From Escherichia phage vB_EcoP_F, in sequence record NC_047808.1: a stretch of 39,300 nucleotides of DNA. The stretch is one strand, 5' to 3'. How positions within the stretch are numbered: position 1 is the first letter of the stretch; the number at the start of each line of letters is the position of its first letter. Positions 35,995 to 39,300 of the stretch are shown here, piece by piece. Below the pieces are notes generated by a model that saw only the letters and a list, made by a program, of their open reading frames with translations, was not told the DNA's origin and ran no database searches. The translations under genes and the position numbers were made by a program.

Positions 35995-38900
35995 ATGGCG
36001 ACTCGTGGTATTCGCAATAACAATCCGGGTAACATCCGGGTAAGTAAGGACCAATGGGAAGGAATGACTGGAGATGATGGCGCATTTGTCACCTTCGATA
36101 GTCCAGAGTCTGGCGTCCGAGCTTTAGGTAAAAACCTGCTGTCCTACGGTCGCCGAGGTTATGACTCCATCGAGAAGATTATCAACCGATGGGCACCTCC
36201 TAACGAGAACGACACTAAGGCTTATATCGACTCAGTGGTGGCTGCAACTGGTATTCCAGCTACCCAGAGTCTCGACCTATCGGACCCTGACACCCTGTCT
36301 TCTCTGGCTCAAGCTATCAGCTTCCATGAGACAGGCTCCCGGTACGACCCTGAAGTCTATCAGAAGGGAGTCGCACGAGCACTCAATGGCATTAGCCCAA
36401 AGACTCCACCAGTAAGCGCTAACGTATTTGACGCACTCACGGAAGGACTCAAGGCTAAACCTAAAGTAGCTCTGGGCGAGAACCTTCCGACCGCTGCTGG
36501 TCTAAACATTGAGGGTCAAGCACCTGAAGCTCCCAACGAATCGTTCGGTGAGATGTTCTATAAGTCTACTGGCGAGACCATGCAGGAACGAGAGGATCGC
36601 TCTACGTGGTTCGGTTTCGGCTCGGCTACAGAAGCTGAAGTGAAGAACTCTATGGTCGGCGTGGCTATCCGCGCTGGTCAGACCGAGGACTCACTTGATG
36701 TCATTGGCGATGTGTTCAACCCTACCCGCTGGAACAACCATAAGTGGACTCGTGAAGAGCTTGACCAGATTCGTAACGCTGGGGTTCTGCCTCAGTATTA
36801 CGGAGTAATTACTGGCGGTTCTCCTCAGAATCTGACAGAGCTGATCAACTTGGCGTTGGAGAACCAGAAGTTGGACCAAGAGAAGGCCAAGGCTGGGACT
36901 GGTGCTCAGTTAGCTGCTGGTGTGATTGGCGCTGGTGTGGATCCTCTGACCTACGTTCCTATCGCTGGACAGATTGGTAAGGGTGGCAAGCTGGTCAACA
37001 AGATGTTCACCGTTGCTGCTCAATCTGGAGCACTTGCTGGTGTATCAGAGATGGCCCGTACCTCAGTGGCTGGTGGTGATGCTCATGTGGCTGAGGCTAT
37101 CCTTGGCGGTGCTCTCTTCGGCGGAGGCATGACTGCTATCGCTGATGGTTTAGGCAGAGCCTTAGGTCGCAACACTAATGAGTTCGCTGGCCCAGCTACA
37201 CGTCTGGAAGCTCGTGAGACCGCTCGTAACATTGATGGTCAGGACCTGTCTCGTCTCCCTATTCAGGAAGGTGAGCAGACCTTTAGTCATCAAGGCGTTA
37301 AGTTCGCCGACGTTCCGAATGAGCCTGGTAGTGTGCGGCTGGAGGATGGTTCAATCCTGATTGGTGAGAACCCTCTGAACCCTAAGACACGTAAGGTCTT
37401 TGACGAAGTGATTGAGCCTGAACGGGCCGCTGCTGGTGTGAACCTTGGTGGTCTGACTGAGATTGGCCTGAAGCTGCTTCGGTCTGAGAACCCTGAGATT
37501 CGTGGAGTAGCTGCTGACTTAGTGCGTTCACCGACTGGTATGCAGTCTGGGGCCTCAGGTAAAATCGGGACCACTGCGTCTGACGTATTCGAGAGACTTC
37601 GTGCTGTGGACCATCGGTTCTACAATGACATCGACGATGCGGTTACTGAGGCCCTAAAGGACCCGTACTTCCAGACAGCATTCTGGCGAGACTCTGGAGC
37701 ATTCCGTCAGGACATCTACCAGCGTGTGTCTATGGCTATCGAAGATGGTAGCGGAAACCTGAAGGCTGAACTGACTCCGGGAGAACTGAAAGTCTATGAC
37801 CTGCTGAAGAACCAGTTTGACGCCAAGCGTGAGATGATGGAGAACCCGGCGATGTTTGGTCGTCCAGACGCTCAGTCTATCTTTCCGGGCAGCCGCTTCA
37901 AGGGAACCTACGTCCCGCATGTGTATAGCAACCAGATGAAGGAGCTGTACATCAAGGAGCTTGGGAGTCCAGAGGCACTACAGGAGGCCATCAAGAAGTC
38001 ATGGTTGACCAGCTATGCGTCTCGACCTGAGGTCAAGAAACGTGTGGACGAGGCACTCTTAGAGGCTGACCCTACGTTGACTCCAGAAGGACTTGCGGCT
38101 GCGGTCGATAAGTACGCCAACGATAAGGCTTATGGTATCTCTCACACCGAGCAGTTCGAGCGTTCATCCGTAATGGAAGAGAACATCAATGGTCTGGTGG
38201 GTCTGGAGAACAACAGCTTCCTTGAGGCTCGTAACCTGTTCGATAGCGATATGTCAATCGTCCTACCTAACGGTCAGACCTTCAGTGTCAACAACCTGCG
38301 TGAGTGGGACATGGACAAGATTGTCCCGGCCTACAACCGTCGAGTTAATGGCGATATTGCTATCATGGCTGGTACAGGCAAGACCACGAAGGACATGAAG
38401 GACTTGGTTGAGACCATGATGAACAAGGCTGGGGATGACGGTAAGTTGAAAGGTGAAGTATCTACCTTACGTGACACCTTGAAGATTCTAACTGGTCGTG
38501 CTCGACGTGATGGTGCTGATGATGCAGCCTTCGCTACCGTGATGCGCACAATGACAGACCTATCGTTCTTCGCTAAGAATGCCTACATGGGTGTTCAGAA
38601 CTTAACGGAGATTGGTGGTATGCTGGCTCGTGGCAACGTTCGTGCAATGCTGCATGGAGTCCCAATTTTCCGTGACCTAGCCTTCCGTAACAAGAAGGTT
38701 GGGGCCTCAGAGATTAAGGACCTGCACAATGTTATCTTCGGTAAGGAACTGGATGACTCAATCCGTCCGTCTAAACAGGATGTCATTGACCGTCTGCGAT
38801 CTTACAGTGACCTCGGTCGTGGTACAGCTACAGCTCTGGGGACTGCCAAGTATTACACTGGCGAACTTGCAGTACGCTCTCCGTTCACTAAAGTCCTCAA

Positions 38901-39300
38901 CGGTACGACCAACTACCTGTTAGATGCTGGACGTCAAGGCTTCCTGTCTGACATCGTGGAGCATAGCCTGACTGGTAGTAAGCGTAAGTTCGATGACCGC
39001 TGGCTTAAGACCGCTGGTATCTCTGACGAGCAGTGGAAGGGCATTAAGTCCCTCATCCGTGAGTCAGTGACTCGTGGTCCAGACGGGAAGTACACCATCA
39101 AGGATAAGAAGGCGTTCAGTCAGGACCCAAGGGCTATGGACCTATGGCGTATGGGTGATACCATCGCTGACGAAACGTTACTACGTCCTCATAAGCTGTC
39201 CAACATGGACGCAAAGGCTTATGGTCCTCTCGCTAAGACTGTCCTTCAGTTTAAGAACTTCGTCATCAAGTCCATCAATGGACGTACCATGCGAACCTTC
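35995..39300 (+). CDS. internal virion (core) protein gp16, N-terminal part; 3' truncated by window end, continues at window start
   Basis: Open frame from ATG 35995 to last base (1102 codons, no stop), which is why it is absent from the ORF track; end ..VLQFKNFVIKSINGRTMRTF aligns with recalled T7 gp16 just upstream of the residues at window start. Confidence 0.9.
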   Translation, partial: MATRGIRNNNPGNIRVSKDQWEGMTGDDGAFVTFDSPESGVRALGKNLLSYGRRGYDSIEKIINRWAPPNENDTKAYIDSVVAATGIPATQSLDLSDPDTLSSLAQAISFHETGSRYDPEVYQKGVARALNGISPKTPPVSANVFDALTEGLKAKPKVALGENLPTAAGLNIEGQAPEAPNESFGEMFYKSTGETMQEREDRSTWFGFGSATEAEVKNSMVGVAIRAGQTEDSLDVIGDVFNPTRWNNHKWTREELDQIRNAGVLPQYYGVITGGSPQNLTELINLALENQKLDQEKAKAGTGAQLAAGVIGAGVDPLTYVPIAGQIGKGGKLVNKMFTVAAQSGALAGVSEMARTSVAGGDAHVAEAILGGALFGGGMTAIADGLGRALGRNTNEFAGPATRLEARETARNIDGQDLSRLPIQEGEQTFSHQGVKFADVPNEPGSVRLEDGSILIGENPLNPKTRKVFDEVIEPERAAAGVNLGGLTEIGLKLLRSENPEIRGVAADLVRSPTGMQSGASGKIGTTASDVFERLRAVDHRFYNDIDDAVTEALKDPYFQTAFWRDSGAFRQDIYQRVSMAIEDGSGNLKAELTPGELKVYDLLKNQFDAKREMMENPAMFGRPDAQSIFPGSRFKGTYVPHVYSNQMKELYIKELGSPEALQEAIKKSWLTSYASRPEVKKRVDEALLEADPTLTPEGLAAAVDKYANDKAYGISHTEQFERSSVMEENINGLVGLENNSFLEARNLFDSDMSIVLPNGQTFSVNNLREWDMDKIVPAYNRRVNGDIAIMAGTGKTTKDMKDLVETMMNKAGDDGKLKGEVSTLRDTLKILTGRARRDGADDAAFATVMRTMTDLSFFAKNAYMGVQNLTEIGGMLARGNVRAMLHGVPIFRDLAFRNKKVGASEIKDLHNVIFGKELDDSIRPSKQDVIDRLRSYSDLGRGTATALGTAKYYTGELAVRSPFTKVLNGTTNYLLDAGRQGFLSDIVEHSLTGSKRKFDDRWLKTAGISDEQWKGIKSLIRESVTRGPDGKYTIKDKKAFSQDPRAMDLWRMGDTIADETLLRPHKLSNMDAKAYGPLAKTVLQFKNFVIKSINGRTMRTF

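Noticed and set aside
39290-39300. Treating window end and window start as an exact circular junction
   Set aside because: The two gene 16 parts are out of frame when joined directly, so I report them as two truncated parts rather than one joined CDS.

Overview
The window is essentially one complete genome of a T7-like lytic podophage (Autographiviridae, T7/T3/K1F type), presented as a circular permutation. It opens inside internal virion protein gene 16 (C-terminal 184 codons), runs through tailspike, holin, small terminase, spanins and large terminase, crosses the predicted physical genome terminus and terminal-repeat region (about 7.4-7.8 kb), then continues through host-RNAP early promoters, Ocr and small early genes, the single-subunit RNA polymerase, ligase, SSB, endonuclease I, amidase, primase-helicase, DNA polymerase, exonuclease, portal, scaffold, capsid, tail tube and core proteins, and ends again inside gene 16 (N-terminal 1102 codons). 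All supportable genes are on the + strand; minus-strand ORFs in the track overlap conserved + strand genes and are treated as spurious. Gene calls rest on the supplied translations, on my own translation of small ORFs, and on recalled similarity to T7 proteins; no database search was run. The tailspike (1064 aa) has a T7 gp17-like N-terminal adaptor, two sialidase Asp-boxes and a C-terminal intramolecular-chaperone-like domain, i.e. a K1F-type endosialidase, implying an Escherichia coli K1 (polysialic acid capsule) host. Eleven copies of a phage-RNAP promoter (consensus CTAAACTATCACTATAGG[G/A]) and two UUCG-tetraloop intrinsic terminators (after the ligase gene and after the capsid gene) are visible. 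I see no integrase, tRNA, CRISPR, toxin-antitoxin or defence island, so this is an ordinary, compact lytic phage genome rather than a new system. The features that most deserve a second look are: the capsid 10B-like C-terminal extension lying in the +1 frame rather than the -1 frame used by T7; a 101-bp tandem duplication that changes the frame of a small gene after the primase-helicase; a small ASCH/DUF3850-like ORF between the tail tube genes; a phage promoter directly upstream of the RNA polymerase gene; uncharacterised early genes around Ocr; and an acidic 149-aa protein at the gene 5.9 position.
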